Assembly (NCBI GenBank): GCA_011364985.1
Contig: RDOC01000005.1
Location: 1 to 64,000 of the forward strand
Length of the DNA: 64,000 bases
Reading direction: 5' to 3'
Source: Candidatus Thorarchaeota archaeon
GTDB lineage: Archaea; Asgardarchaeota; Thorarchaeia; Thorarchaeales; Thorarchaeaceae
The position numbers and the translations under genes were made by a program. Under the pieces are notes generated by a model. The model saw nothing but the letters and a program-made list of their open reading frames with translations. It searched no databases and was not told where the DNA came from. Every line of letters begins with the position of its first letter. The stretch's first letter is position 1. Positions 1 through 9,046 of this stretch are shown here, piece after piece.

Positions 1-182
1 ATGTACATCGTTGCTTGAAACTGTTGTCTTTTGTCCATGCGGAAGGACCTTGAATTGAGGTCCAGAATCAATAGTTGAGATTCAGCTTTTGGATGAAACT
101 GGACCGCGTCTTATTGGCACCTTGGAAAGCTGATCAATCTCTGACAAGCTGATCCACTTCATTTGCTGTATCTTTCCAGTGG

Positions 183-545
183 TTATTCTATTCCGATTCT
201 AGTAGCGATTTTGACAATGATGAACACAACAAATGCTACTACTACGAAAGTGATGAGGCTGTCTAGAATAGGTCCAGCAGCGAGGACATAGGTGATCTCT
301 CCTCCACCGACACCAGGATACACAATCTGTACCAGAGGCATGATGAAGCTATTAACCAAAGCCTGTACGACTTGACCCACATAGATACCAAGGATAAAAG
401 CCACTGCCAGACCCAGAACCTTGTATTTTGAGATGAAATCAACAAACTCGTTAATCAGACCCTCAGGAGGTGCTGGTTTTGGGGGTGGTGTTAGTAGTCT
501 ACGTATCTCTTTCAGCTCTTCAAGCATCATTTCTTCTGTCGACAT
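183..545 (-). CDS. mscL: Large-conductance mechanosensitive channel MscL (archaeal type)
   Basis: EFVDFISKYKVLGLAVAFILG (TM1) and GPILDSLITFVVVAFVVFIIVK (TM2) match MscL; N-terminal LEELKEIRRLL helix. Confidence 0.9.
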   Translation of the reverse strand: MSTEEMMLEELKEIRRLLTPPPKPAPPEGLINEFVDFISKYKVLGLAVAFILGIYVGQVVQALVNSFIMPLVQIVYPGVGGGEITYVLAAGPILDSLITFVVVAFVVFIIVKIATRIGIE

Positions 546-647
546 TATGTCACATCCTTTTTTTTGGGCAAACCAATGTTTGTTCTATGATATCTTTCTT
601 GCTATATGGTATCAGACTCATAAGCCGAATTTGTAATCGGATTTGTA

Positions 648-1304
648 GTGAGTTTCTGGTTCATTCTATCAGTCATTGGATTTCTCTTGGTAATTCCATT
701 CCATTTTCTTTCTGTAGAACACCGTCAGCTGGAGAACAGATATGGAAGAAAGAAAGGAAGATAGATAGGAGAAGTCCTCGGAGTGATCTCGGGTTGGGGA
801 TTCTTCGGTTCTTGGATAGGCATCTGGTTTGCGCCGCAGGAGAGATTCACGATTCCGTTGTTCGAACAGGTTCTGGTTGTGATTCCTATCCTGCAGCTCA
901 CTGCAATCTCTACTCCTATTGTTCATCTCATGCTCTCCTTGCTCTTCCTTCTACCTGGGGTCTGGCTAGGGATAGCTGGCGTACGCAAGACTGACCTCAA
1001 GATGGTGTAAACGCACAGAACCAGTGCAGTGATAACGGACAGAGTATATTCGATTGTGCGGCACCCACAATATCTGGGCGGTGTGTTATCCTATTTTGGT
1101 ATAGTATTCTTGCTCTCGTCAGGATATGCATTGTTGCTCTCTCCTGTGGTAATGCTTGCCAATTACGCGATTTCAAGAAAAGAAGAGATAAAATTGATGA
1201 GGGAGTTTGGCTGGGAATATGAGGATTACAGACAAAGTGTGTCTATATTCGTTCCAAGACTCTTTCATGAATCTAACCCCCCCCCCCAAAAAAAAACAGA
1301 ATGA
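648..1304 (+). pseudogene. Isoprenylcysteine carboxylmethyltransferase/PEMT-family membrane protein, disrupted
   Basis: One frame from GTG 648 (MSFWFILSVIGFLLVIPFHFLSVEH...) to TGA 1304, broken by in-frame TAG 762-764 and TAA 1008-1010; contains VYSIVRHPQYLG and EE..L..EFG.EYEDY family motifs. Confidence 0.85.
1277..1296. repeat. Homopolymer tract C11-A9
   Basis: ccccccccccc aaaaaaaaa read directly; lies near the 3' ends of two convergent genes. Confidence 0.9.
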
Positions 1305-1368
1305 TGTTTGGAATCCCTGACAAGGTGTGTCATCGATAATGGTGGAAGATTGTTAATCCTGATGTGAT

Positions 1369-2085
1369 CTAGGTTCCAGCTCTTATAGGAGCACCACAGA
1401 ATGGACAGAAACGATCTGCATTTCTCAGAGCGAAACCGCAGTAGAGACACCCGTGTCCGGTCTTCTCAGAGAGAGGCTCCTTAACTGGAGAAGATATCTT
1501 GGTACCTGTGGAGGAGTCGAACCAGATGCCAGACTCACCGCTTCTTTTCTGGTCGACTATATACTGCCGCACCTCATCTTCAGGCACTCCGGTTCTATCT
1601 GCAATATCCTGAACTGACTCAACATCATCCTGATACAACTGTGTACGAACCCTTGAACTGGTTCTTGACCTACCAGAATAGCTGAACACACATACTAGCA
1701 ATAAGACGAAAAGAGGGATTGTCATCCAGACAACACCTGTAAATAGCCACACAGCAGCGATGATGAGAATGGGCAGAACGAGCCCAAAGTCCGTTCCCTG
1801 CTGCTTCTGTTTCTTCAGGTCATAGATAGGTTTTCTATCAGCTTCAATTGGGTCGGACACGTATCCAGAAGTATAGGTACCAGGTTCTGATGTCCTCCAA
1901 TAGTCAATCTTTTCTTCTCGTTTTCTTATCTGTGTCTCTTCTCTCACATTGCCAAAGAGAACACAAATCAATACGGCAAGGGGGATAACCAGCCATCCAA
2001 CACGTGTTATCAACATGACGATTCCCAGTACGAGGATTGGGATTACAAGGCCCAATTGCTCATCCTGATCTCGGCTCTGCGGCAT
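1369..2085 (-). CDS. Membrane protein with two repeated TM hairpins, HTH-like segment and C-terminal zinc ribbon
   Basis: LGLVIPILVLGIV..GWLVIPL repeated as FGLVLPILIIAAV..VWMTIPL; VQDIADRTGVPEDEVRQYI; CLYCG...CPFCG. Confidence 0.8.
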   Translation of the reverse strand: MPQSRDQDEQLGLVIPILVLGIVMLITRVGWLVIPLAVLICVLFGNVREETQIRKREEKIDYWRTSEPGTYTSGYVSDPIEADRKPIYDLKKQKQQGTDFGLVLPILIIAAVWLFTGVVWMTIPLFVLLLVCVFSYSGRSRTSSRVRTQLYQDDVESVQDIADRTGVPEDEVRQYIVDQKRSGESGIWFDSSTGTKISSPVKEPLSEKTGHGCLYCGFALRNADRFCPFCGAPIRAGT

Positions 2086-2155
2086 CTCTTTTTCTCCTGA
2101 GTACTAGATCGTCTACAACGCTTATTGATTTTTTGAGAGACTACTTGGCACATCG

Positions 2156-2724
2156 TCATAGAATCGCAGAAACAATCATAATTGTCACGATTCCACCAAT
2201 AGAGATTGGAATCAGATTCATGTCGAGATTCCTGCTAGTTGTTGTGATGGATGCCGCTCCGGTAGAGCTTGTTATTGCCATTGTTGTCGTAGGTGTCTGT
2301 GCATTCCAGCCGGCCAGCATTGCCACCATCCACCAGAATGCCCAACCCTTTTGTTCGCAACTTGTGAATGTTGTATACCCAGCCTCATCACCATTAAAGT
2401 CAGAATGCTCCATAGGAACGTGATAGATTACAGATCCATCTACATGATCGTATGTACTATAATCGCCGTCACTCCAAGCATCCAAGTCTGCAAAATCAAA
2501 GATGGCCTTGTCTTAGTGAATCTTGACACTGGTCTGTGCTGCATCAATCCACTTATCTGGGACGGAACTCAAATCTATGCATGTGTGGTCAATGACTAGA
2601 CCGCCAGACCTTGCGGCAGGAAGAACTTCATCTTCGATGACCCAGATTGGCTCAAGGGAGCCGAGAGCAAAGGCATAAACAGAATCAGTACCAGGGCTGC
2701 CGAGGCGGTGTCAAGTCGTGGCAT
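2156..2724 (-). pseudogene. Secreted/membrane-anchored protein (DHTC...AFWW..A.LAGW family), disrupted
   Basis: Signal peptide from ATG 2724, frameshift near 2640, then LVIDHTCIDLSSVPDKWIDAAQTSVKIH, TAA 2513-2515, DKAIFDFADLDAW...AFWWMVAMLAGWN, Thr linker and C-terminal TM. Confidence 0.75.
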
Positions 2725-2851
2725 ATTCAAATCTCCCGTAAAATGAAGGCTCAGCTCAAGCTAATTATCTTTGTGAAAACACTGTTGGGTTTACCAGAAC
2801 TGCTAATTAGCACAATGTCCTTTGATAGAGATAGCCTGCCGAGATGCAAAG

Positions 2852-3541
2852 ATGATGTGGGAGTCCGAGGACTGGTTAACGAATCCTATAGCCTTACTCA
2901 AATGGGCAAATGGCTTGGAAAAGGGACCTGCCTTACTGCTAATCAGACACTCGCAAAGACTAGAACCGAGGGAAGCCGAGAAGATACTGGAGGAACCCCT
3001 CACCTCACTAGGCATCCAGATGGCGGAGGAGTTTGGTAGAAGGCTAGATTGCGATAAAGTAGTATCGATCTGGCACAGTCATCACATGGGGGCACAGCAG
3101 ACTGCAGAGGGCATTGTACGCGGACTTATGGAAAAGGGAAGACTCGTTCATCTCAGAGGCCCCAATCGAACGCTTCTCGGACCGGGATGGGATGCACCGA
3201 AATATATGACGATGTTGAAGGAGATGGGACTTGTGCCCTTCTTTGATTCGTGGGCAAGAGACCGGATACCCATCGAAATCATTGAACCAATTGGAGACTT
3301 CACTCAGAAACTGGTGGTCAGAACAATTGGAAGAATAATGGGTGCCCCTGAAGAGAGTCTACATATACACATCACACATGACCTAGTTGTAATGGCGGCA
3401 AGGAAGGTATTCCTAGACATTGATACAACAGACGAAAACCGTGTATCCTATTTGGGCGGTTTTGGTATTGCACGTTCAAATGATCTCCTTGTCGGATTCC
3501 TAGATTACAATCAGAAGCAAACATGGATCGGTCCAAGCTGA
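2852..3541 (+). CDS. Histidine phosphatase family protein
   Basis: LLIRHSQR (RHG-like), LTSLGIQMAEEFG, HITHD motifs. Confidence 0.85.
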   Translation: MMWESEDWLTNPIALLKWANGLEKGPALLLIRHSQRLEPREAEKILEEPLTSLGIQMAEEFGRRLDCDKVVSIWHSHHMGAQQTAEGIVRGLMEKGRLVHLRGPNRTLLGPGWDAPKYMTMLKEMGLVPFFDSWARDRIPIEIIEPIGDFTQKLVVRTIGRIMGAPEESLHIHITHDLVVMAARKVFLDIDTTDENRVSYLGGFGIARSNDLLVGFLDYNQKQTWIGPS

Positions 3542-3789
3542 ACCTGAAATAATGCACTGAGTGAAACCAGCTATCTTGGACGGAGAAAGCAAAACAGAAC
3601 TACAATGAGAATAAAGACAAGGAAGTGAATACACAAACAAGCTGCAGTAAGAAGAAACGATTCCTAGGCAAGTCATGTTTCTATCGTGCTAAGAAATCGA
3701 ACGCAATCCTTCAAGCAATAGTACAAGTAGATCGATATCAAAAGAAGTATATTGTTAGCTTATAGCTAAAGAGGAAAGAGGCAATTATT

Positions 3790-4152
3790 TTGACGCAATG
3801 GGCAGTAGGGCAGCTCTCCAAGAAAGAACTTGTAGAGCTCAGAAGACTTAGAATTGTGAAAGAGGCACTTGACGAATTCAAGAGAAGAGGGATTGATGCT
3901 GACATCGTTGTGTGTCCTGTCTGCAAGAGTCATAGGGTAATCGACCTGACATCTTATCACGATCTTGGATTTCTTGGTAGCTTCCAACCAGCCTATTACT
4001 GTCTAGACTGTGGTTGGTATGGCAGGATTGCCCCAATGATGACTAACCGTCCAGACGCCAATGATGTTCTGCAAGACATGAAGGAAGCATTCCCATCATA
4101 CAGAGATGAGATCGTAGATGCTTTTGGCGATATTCCTGCTGACGAGCGATAG
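3790..4152 (+). CDS. Zinc-finger hypothetical protein
   Basis: CPVCKS...CLDCGW; TTG start. Confidence 0.75.
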   Translation: MTQWAVGQLSKKELVELRRLRIVKEALDEFKRRGIDADIVVCPVCKSHRVIDLTSYHDLGFLGSFQPAYYCLDCGWYGRIAPMMTNRPDANDVLQDMKEAFPSYRDEIVDAFGDIPADER

Positions 4153-4376
4153 TTCGGCACCTATGCTCCATTCTCTTGAGTTCGAAAATCAAGGGATTGG
4201 AACCATCAGCATTTCTTCCTTAACATCATTATCAGCAAATAGTATCTCATCATCTTCTAGGTGTCCTATGCAGTGCTCTCTTTAACTTCGAACTCGACAG
4301 AGAATGCTCGAGTGTTCATCTTGAATACATGTTCCTGGATCAATGAGGAAGATCCTACCAGCAGGTCTAATAAGCA

Positions 4377-5717
4377 TCATTCCAGTTGTTCTTCGTCTTC
4401 TGATAAGGGAGGGTATTCAGAAAACTCATTTACATTCTTGTCGTCTTCACAGATATCACGCAATTCAGCTGCAAAGAGGCCTTCCTTGTGAGTTTCATAA
4501 GCATCGGCCGGAAATTCCTTTGCTCGTTTCAGACCTTCATCAGCGGCAAGCGGTCCAAATACCTGAAGTATCATTGTCGTCAGTACTAGGACATTAAGTA
4601 TCAGAGTTCCATAGTACACTGCTTCTGGGGTCCCAATCGCGATTAGATTCTGCTCCACAACTAAAGACAAGCCAACAGCAACACCTGCTTGCGACATAAG
4701 ACACAATCCTAGGTACTTCCTAGTCAATGGAGGTGTGTTTGTTACCCTCGCACCTGTAAATGCTCCGAAGTATTTCGATAATGTTCGACCTACCACATAT
4801 AAACCGGCGAGGAGAATAACGGTTGTTTCCATAATTACTGAGAAATCAATTGATGCTCCAACTATAACAAAGAAGATCATAACAATTGGAGACATGACGA
4901 CATTCAGAGTATGGCTTACTGGATCCTTTTCTGGATTGACATAGTTGCCAACAACAAAACCGAATACCATACACGCTAGAATAGAGCTTAAACTCAGAAG
5001 AGCCATCATACCAACGAGGAGTATTATCACACCAAGCTCTAGCTCAAGGAGCTGCCGTCGGTCGCTTTCGCGGTTAATGATATGAACCATGGCAAACCCA
5101 AATGCTGCTCCTGCGAGGGATGAGGCAATTATTTCATAGACGGGCATGAGAAGAGCGTTGATAAGAGTGATAGCACCAGGCGAGGAATAGAAAAGAACCG
5201 CGATAGAAATCGAGAAGTTCGCCAATAGAATAGCAATAACATCATCCATCGCCAGGACAAACATTAAAGTGTCTGTCAAGTTACCCTTGCACTTTCGTTC
5301 CCAAATGACCATCACTGTAGATGCCGGGTCAGTAGCACTAGCCAGAGCACCAAAGACCACCGCAATATGGGGTTGATTCAGTACGATATATGCAAAGACG
5401 GTAACAACTGCAAAAGTCAGCATTGATTCGGCAATGAGAATCACAGACATGCGCTTAGTCTGACCACCAAAAACCTCTTTCCGGAGCTCTAACCCAATGT
5501 TGTAGCCGATCAGCCCAAGGGCAAAATCAACAAGTGGGTATAGCGCGACTCTTGTAGCATCACTGACGAAACCAGTAGAACCAAGAAAAAGACCTGCAAG
5601 CATGAATCCAAGTATTTGAGGAACCCCAAGTTTCTTCATTATGGCAGCACCAACAGCTGCAAGGACAAGTGCTGCACCAATGAGAAACAATACTGTCGGA
5701 TCAAACGAAGCTTGCAT
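4377..5717 (-). CDS. Cation:proton antiporter (CPA family)
   Basis: About 12 TM helices; ASATDPA, LAMDDV, SQAGVAVGL motifs. Confidence 0.92.
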   Translation of the reverse strand: MQASFDPTVLFLIGAALVLAAVGAAIMKKLGVPQILGFMLAGLFLGSTGFVSDATRVALYPLVDFALGLIGYNIGLELRKEVFGGQTKRMSVILIAESMLTFAVVTVFAYIVLNQPHIAVVFGALASATDPASTVMVIWERKCKGNLTDTLMFVLAMDDVIAILLANFSISIAVLFYSSPGAITLINALLMPVYEIIASSLAGAAFGFAMVHIINRESDRRQLLELELGVIILLVGMMALLSLSSILACMVFGFVVGNYVNPEKDPVSHTLNVVMSPIVMIFFVIVGASIDFSVIMETTVILLAGLYVVGRTLSKYFGAFTGARVTNTPPLTRKYLGLCLMSQAGVAVGLSLVVEQNLIAIGTPEAVYYGTLILNVLVLTTMILQVFGPLAADEGLKRAKEFPADAYETHKEGLFAAELRDICEDDKNVNEFSEYPPLSEDEEQLE

Positions 5718-5828
5718 GATGGTATATCACCCTGCATTCTACTAATTTCGGTCAGTAGCAAAGAAACCACGTACCATCCTTTTGTATCTACTGGAATGTA
5801 AGTTATGCAAAGAAGTAATTTTACCATC

Positions 5829-6533
5829 TTATGACGACTGAGTTTCCTTTTTTGCTGAGTGGTAGATACAATGTATTCTTAGGAAACAGCTGACGCATAA
5901 CGGGTTTTGCGATTTGCAGATATTTCTACCATGTTTGACCAGGTTGTGATTCATCGATTTTACACAGCTGCTCGGAATAATATCCATTAGGAGTTTCTGA
6001 GCTTTCTCCCTTGTTATGTTACTTGGTATAAGACCAAGTCGTTTGGTGATCCGCCATACATGAGTATCAACTGGAAGCACAGGCATATCGAAACAGAAGA
6101 GCAATACAATGGATGCAGTCTTAGGACCTACTCCATGAAGAGAAACGAGCCAATCCATGGCATCATTTGGATTCATGTTTGCTAACAGATCAAGCTGCAG
6201 TGCACCCACTCGGTTCATGATTTCTCCAAGCGCTGCCTTAATTCTCTTGGCTTTTACTCTGAAGGGGCCAGAAGAACGAATAATCGGAGCTAATTCGTCT
6301 TCTGGAGCACCAAGAACCTCTTCCCAAGATGAGTAGGCGGATTTGAGTGCTCTAAAGGCACGTTCTGTGTTCACATCAGCCGTGTTTTGAGAGAGAATGG
6401 TAAGAATTAGTTCATCAATTGGATCCATTACCCTCTCGGCCACTACAGAACCGTATTCCTTGACAAGCAAGCAGCAAATCGACTTTGCTTTTTTCCTTAG
6501 CTCTTTCTGTTCTTGACTCAAAGAGATACACAC
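5829..6533 (-). CDS. nth: Endonuclease III (HhH-GPD, 4Fe-4S)
   Basis: ILSQNT, LVSLHGVGPKTA HhH, PVDTHV, C-x6-C-x2-C-x5-C (CKSQNPLCVSCFLRIHC). Confidence 0.93.
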   Translation of the reverse strand: MCISLSQEQKELRKKAKSICCLLVKEYGSVVAERVMDPIDELILTILSQNTADVNTERAFRALKSAYSSWEEVLGAPEDELAPIIRSSGPFRVKAKRIKAALGEIMNRVGALQLDLLANMNPNDAMDWLVSLHGVGPKTASIVLLFCFDMPVLPVDTHVWRITKRLGLIPSNITREKAQKLLMDIIPSSCVKSMNHNLVKHGRNICKSQNPLCVSCFLRIHCIYHSAKKETQSS

Positions 6534-6636
6534 ACAGGAATAGATGGTGTCATATATGAAGGCATCACTTGAGGAGCCTATTGTATCAATCCCAAAGGCT
6601 TTTGTTTGAAATACGATACTTCCTAAGGGATTCAGA

Positions 6637-7059
6637 ATGAGCGCGGTTGTTGTCTACGAAAGCACAAGAGGAAGAACGAAGGCAATGGCTGAGGCGATAT
6701 GTGAAGGAATAAGGAATGCTGGAGTAGAATGCAGCCTCGTTTCAGCTTCAGACTTCACAGACATAGGCGATGCGTGTGCACTGGCAATTGGCAGTTCAAC
6801 TCGAATGAAGAGAACTCTTCCGAGAACAAGACAAATACTTGATGAATTGAAGGGTGTCGAGAATATGCCAGCAGCAGGATTTGGCTCCTATGGGTGGAGC
6901 GGAGAAGCGCCTGATTTCATATCTCAGCAACTGGAGAAAAAGGGAGCTAAGATGGTCCGAGACCAGCCGCTTCGGGTAAAGGACTTTCCTAGAGAGGACG
7001 ACCTTGAGAAATGCCGGACCTTGGGTAGGACTCTTGCAGAAGAATGCAAGCAGTTGTAG
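6637..7059 (+). CDS. Flavodoxin-like protein
   Basis: VYESTRGRTKAMA, IGSST, FGSYGWSGEA. Confidence 0.9.
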   Translation: MSAVVVYESTRGRTKAMAEAICEGIRNAGVECSLVSASDFTDIGDACALAIGSSTRMKRTLPRTRQILDELKGVENMPAAGFGSYGWSGEAPDFISQQLEKKGAKMVRDQPLRVKDFPREDDLEKCRTLGRTLAEECKQL

Positions 7060-7135
7060 ATGATATGAACACACCAGTGCACTCTGCGCAACTCTTATCA
7101 TTTGGGTTCAAGAGCACCAAGAATGTGTTCTGAAA

Positions 7136-9046
7136 ATGGGATACATAAGTCGGCTAACGCAGTATGCCTTGAAATACAGAGGCCATTTCTTCGGCTTCCT
7201 TACAGCCGCAGGTATTGGCACAGTATTCAATGTCATATCACCATTGGTGTTAGTAGAGATTATTGATTCTGTAATTGTATTGGGCGATTATGGACTCCTT
7301 GTGACCTATACACTGCTTTATTTGGCCTTGACTGCGTTTTATATGATTTTTGACACTACTGGGAGATATGTAGCTGCTTTAATGGCGCAGCATGTGATTT
7401 ACGACCTTCGTAGCGAACTGTATGACTCATTAATGGAAAAGGATTTGGCATTCTATGACCAAAACGAAACGGGACAAATCCTAGCTCGCGTGACAACGGA
7501 TGTTACAACAATGCGCGAGTTTCTCTTCTGGGGGTATCGTGTCATTTTCATTGGCATTGTGACGCTAATAGGAACCTATATCGTCATGTGGACAGTCAGC
7601 CCAGAACTAACTCTCATCATGTTGACACTAGTGCCGTTCATCTTCACTTTTGTAATCGTCTTTGCAAAGAAGGTGAGGCCTGTACTCTATGCTGCAAGAA
7701 GTCAGTATGGCGTTCTCAGTTCTGTTCTTGCCGAGAATGTAGTAGGAATGAGAGTTGTCCAGTCTTTTGCAACAGCAGATAGAGAATACGCAAGAGTGGA
7801 TGAAGAGAACAGAGGTTTCCTGAAGCTTAGAGTCGAAGCGCTTCGTCTTTTGTCATTCTATAGACCTATCTTGCCAACAATATTCGGAATTGCTGTCGGA
7901 GCACTAATCTACTTCGGAGGAACAGGTTATGATGCAGGGGGCTTGTCATTTGGTCAATTCGTTGGCTTTGTGACACTTGTGAGTATGCTTGTATTGCCAG
8001 GGAGATTTCTCAGTTGGGGAGTGGGAATGTATCAGAGAGCATCTGCGTCGGCAGAAAGAGCATTCTACATATTGGATGTTCGGGATGAGCTAATGGATCC
8101 AGCTGAACCAGTTTGTGTTGACGAGATAAAGGGGGCTGTGGATTTTGAAAATGTATACTTCAGCTATCGAGGCAATAACTTCATTCTACAAGGCGTTGAC
8201 TTGCATGTCAAACCCGGTCAAGTAGTGGCTTTGCTTGGAGGGACAGGCTCAGGAAAGACGAGCTTGATTAACCTCATTCCGAGATTCTACGATGTGGATG
8301 ACCAGAGGGCTTTCGTCTATGAGGGAAAAGCGTACAGACTCAATGACAAGAATTGCGTTGAGATTGGAGAAAAGAAACTGATGGTCGTGGATGAAGAACT
8401 AGAAATAGACTGTCAGAAGATAGCCATCAGAAAGCCTGGAAGGGTATTGGTAGATGGCGTGGATGTCAGGTCCTACAGAATTGAAGACATTCGAAGACAC
8501 ATTGGGATTGTTCACCAAGACCCATTCCTTTTCACTGATTCTATTCGTGAAAACATTGCCTTTGCAAGGCCGGAAGCCACACTTGAGGAAGTGCAATCTG
8601 CGGCAGAAGCAGCAATGATTCATGACTTTGTTATGACTCTAGAGAAAGGCTATGATACGGTCATAGGCGAACGGGGAATAACCTTGTCTGGAGGGCAAAA
8701 ACAAAGAGTAGCAATAGCTAGGGCACTTCTCGCAAATCCAAAGATATTGATTCTAGATGACTCTACAAGCTCAGTTGACGCAAAGACGGAGATGATGATT
8801 CAGAAGGCATTAGAGAACCTGATGGCTGGACGAACGACGTTCATTATCACACATCGACTAAGTACGATAAGAAATGCAGACCTTATTGTAATGATGGAAA
8901 AGGGACAAATAGTGGAAATGGGGTCTCACGAATATCTCATCAGCCAAGAGGGCCTATACTCATCCATCTTTCATACCCTTACCGAGATGGAATTAGCGGC
9001 CTCGTATGTCGGCACTAAGACCGAGGGGGGAGATTTCGGAGAATGA
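7136..9046 (+). CDS. ABC exporter, fused permease/ATPase (heterodimer subunit 1)
   Basis: 6 TM helices + GGTGSGKT, LSGGQKQR, ILILDD; overlaps partner gene by ATGA. Confidence 0.95.
   Translation: MGYISRLTQYALKYRGHFFGFLTAAGIGTVFNVISPLVLVEIIDSVIVLGDYGLLVTYTLLYLALTAFYMIFDTTGRYVAALMAQHVIYDLRSELYDSLMEKDLAFYDQNETGQILARVTTDVTTMREFLFWGYRVIFIGIVTLIGTYIVMWTVSPELTLIMLTLVPFIFTFVIVFAKKVRPVLYAARSQYGVLSSVLAENVVGMRVVQSFATADREYARVDEENRGFLKLRVEALRLLSFYRPILPTIFGIAVGALIYFGGTGYDAGGLSFGQFVGFVTLVSMLVLPGRFLSWGVGMYQRASASAERAFYILDVRDELMDPAEPVCVDEIKGAVDFENVYFSYRGNNFILQGVDLHVKPGQVVALLGGTGSGKTSLINLIPRFYDVDDQRAFVYEGKAYRLNDKNCVEIGEKKLMVVDEELEIDCQKIAIRKPGRVLVDGVDVRSYRIEDIRRHIGIVHQDPFLFTDSIRENIAFARPEATLEEVQSAAEAAMIHDFVMTLEKGYDTVIGERGITLSGGQKQRVAIARALLANPKILILDDSTSSVDAKTEMMIQKALENLMAGRTTFIITHRLSTIRNADLIVMMEKGQIVEMGSHEYLISQEGLYSSIFHTLTEMELAASYVGTKTEGGDFGE

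Noticed and set aside
1277-1296. Phase variation by the C11/A9 tract
   Set aside because: It lies at the extreme 3' end of an already disrupted gene; more likely a terminator element or assembly noise
4190-4377. Short ORF coupled by TGATG to the antiporter stop
   Set aside because: 31 aa then TAA, with no recognisable family
8297-8437. Mini-intein in the ABC ATPase
   Set aside because: Too short, with no N-terminal Cys/Ser or C-terminal His-Asn
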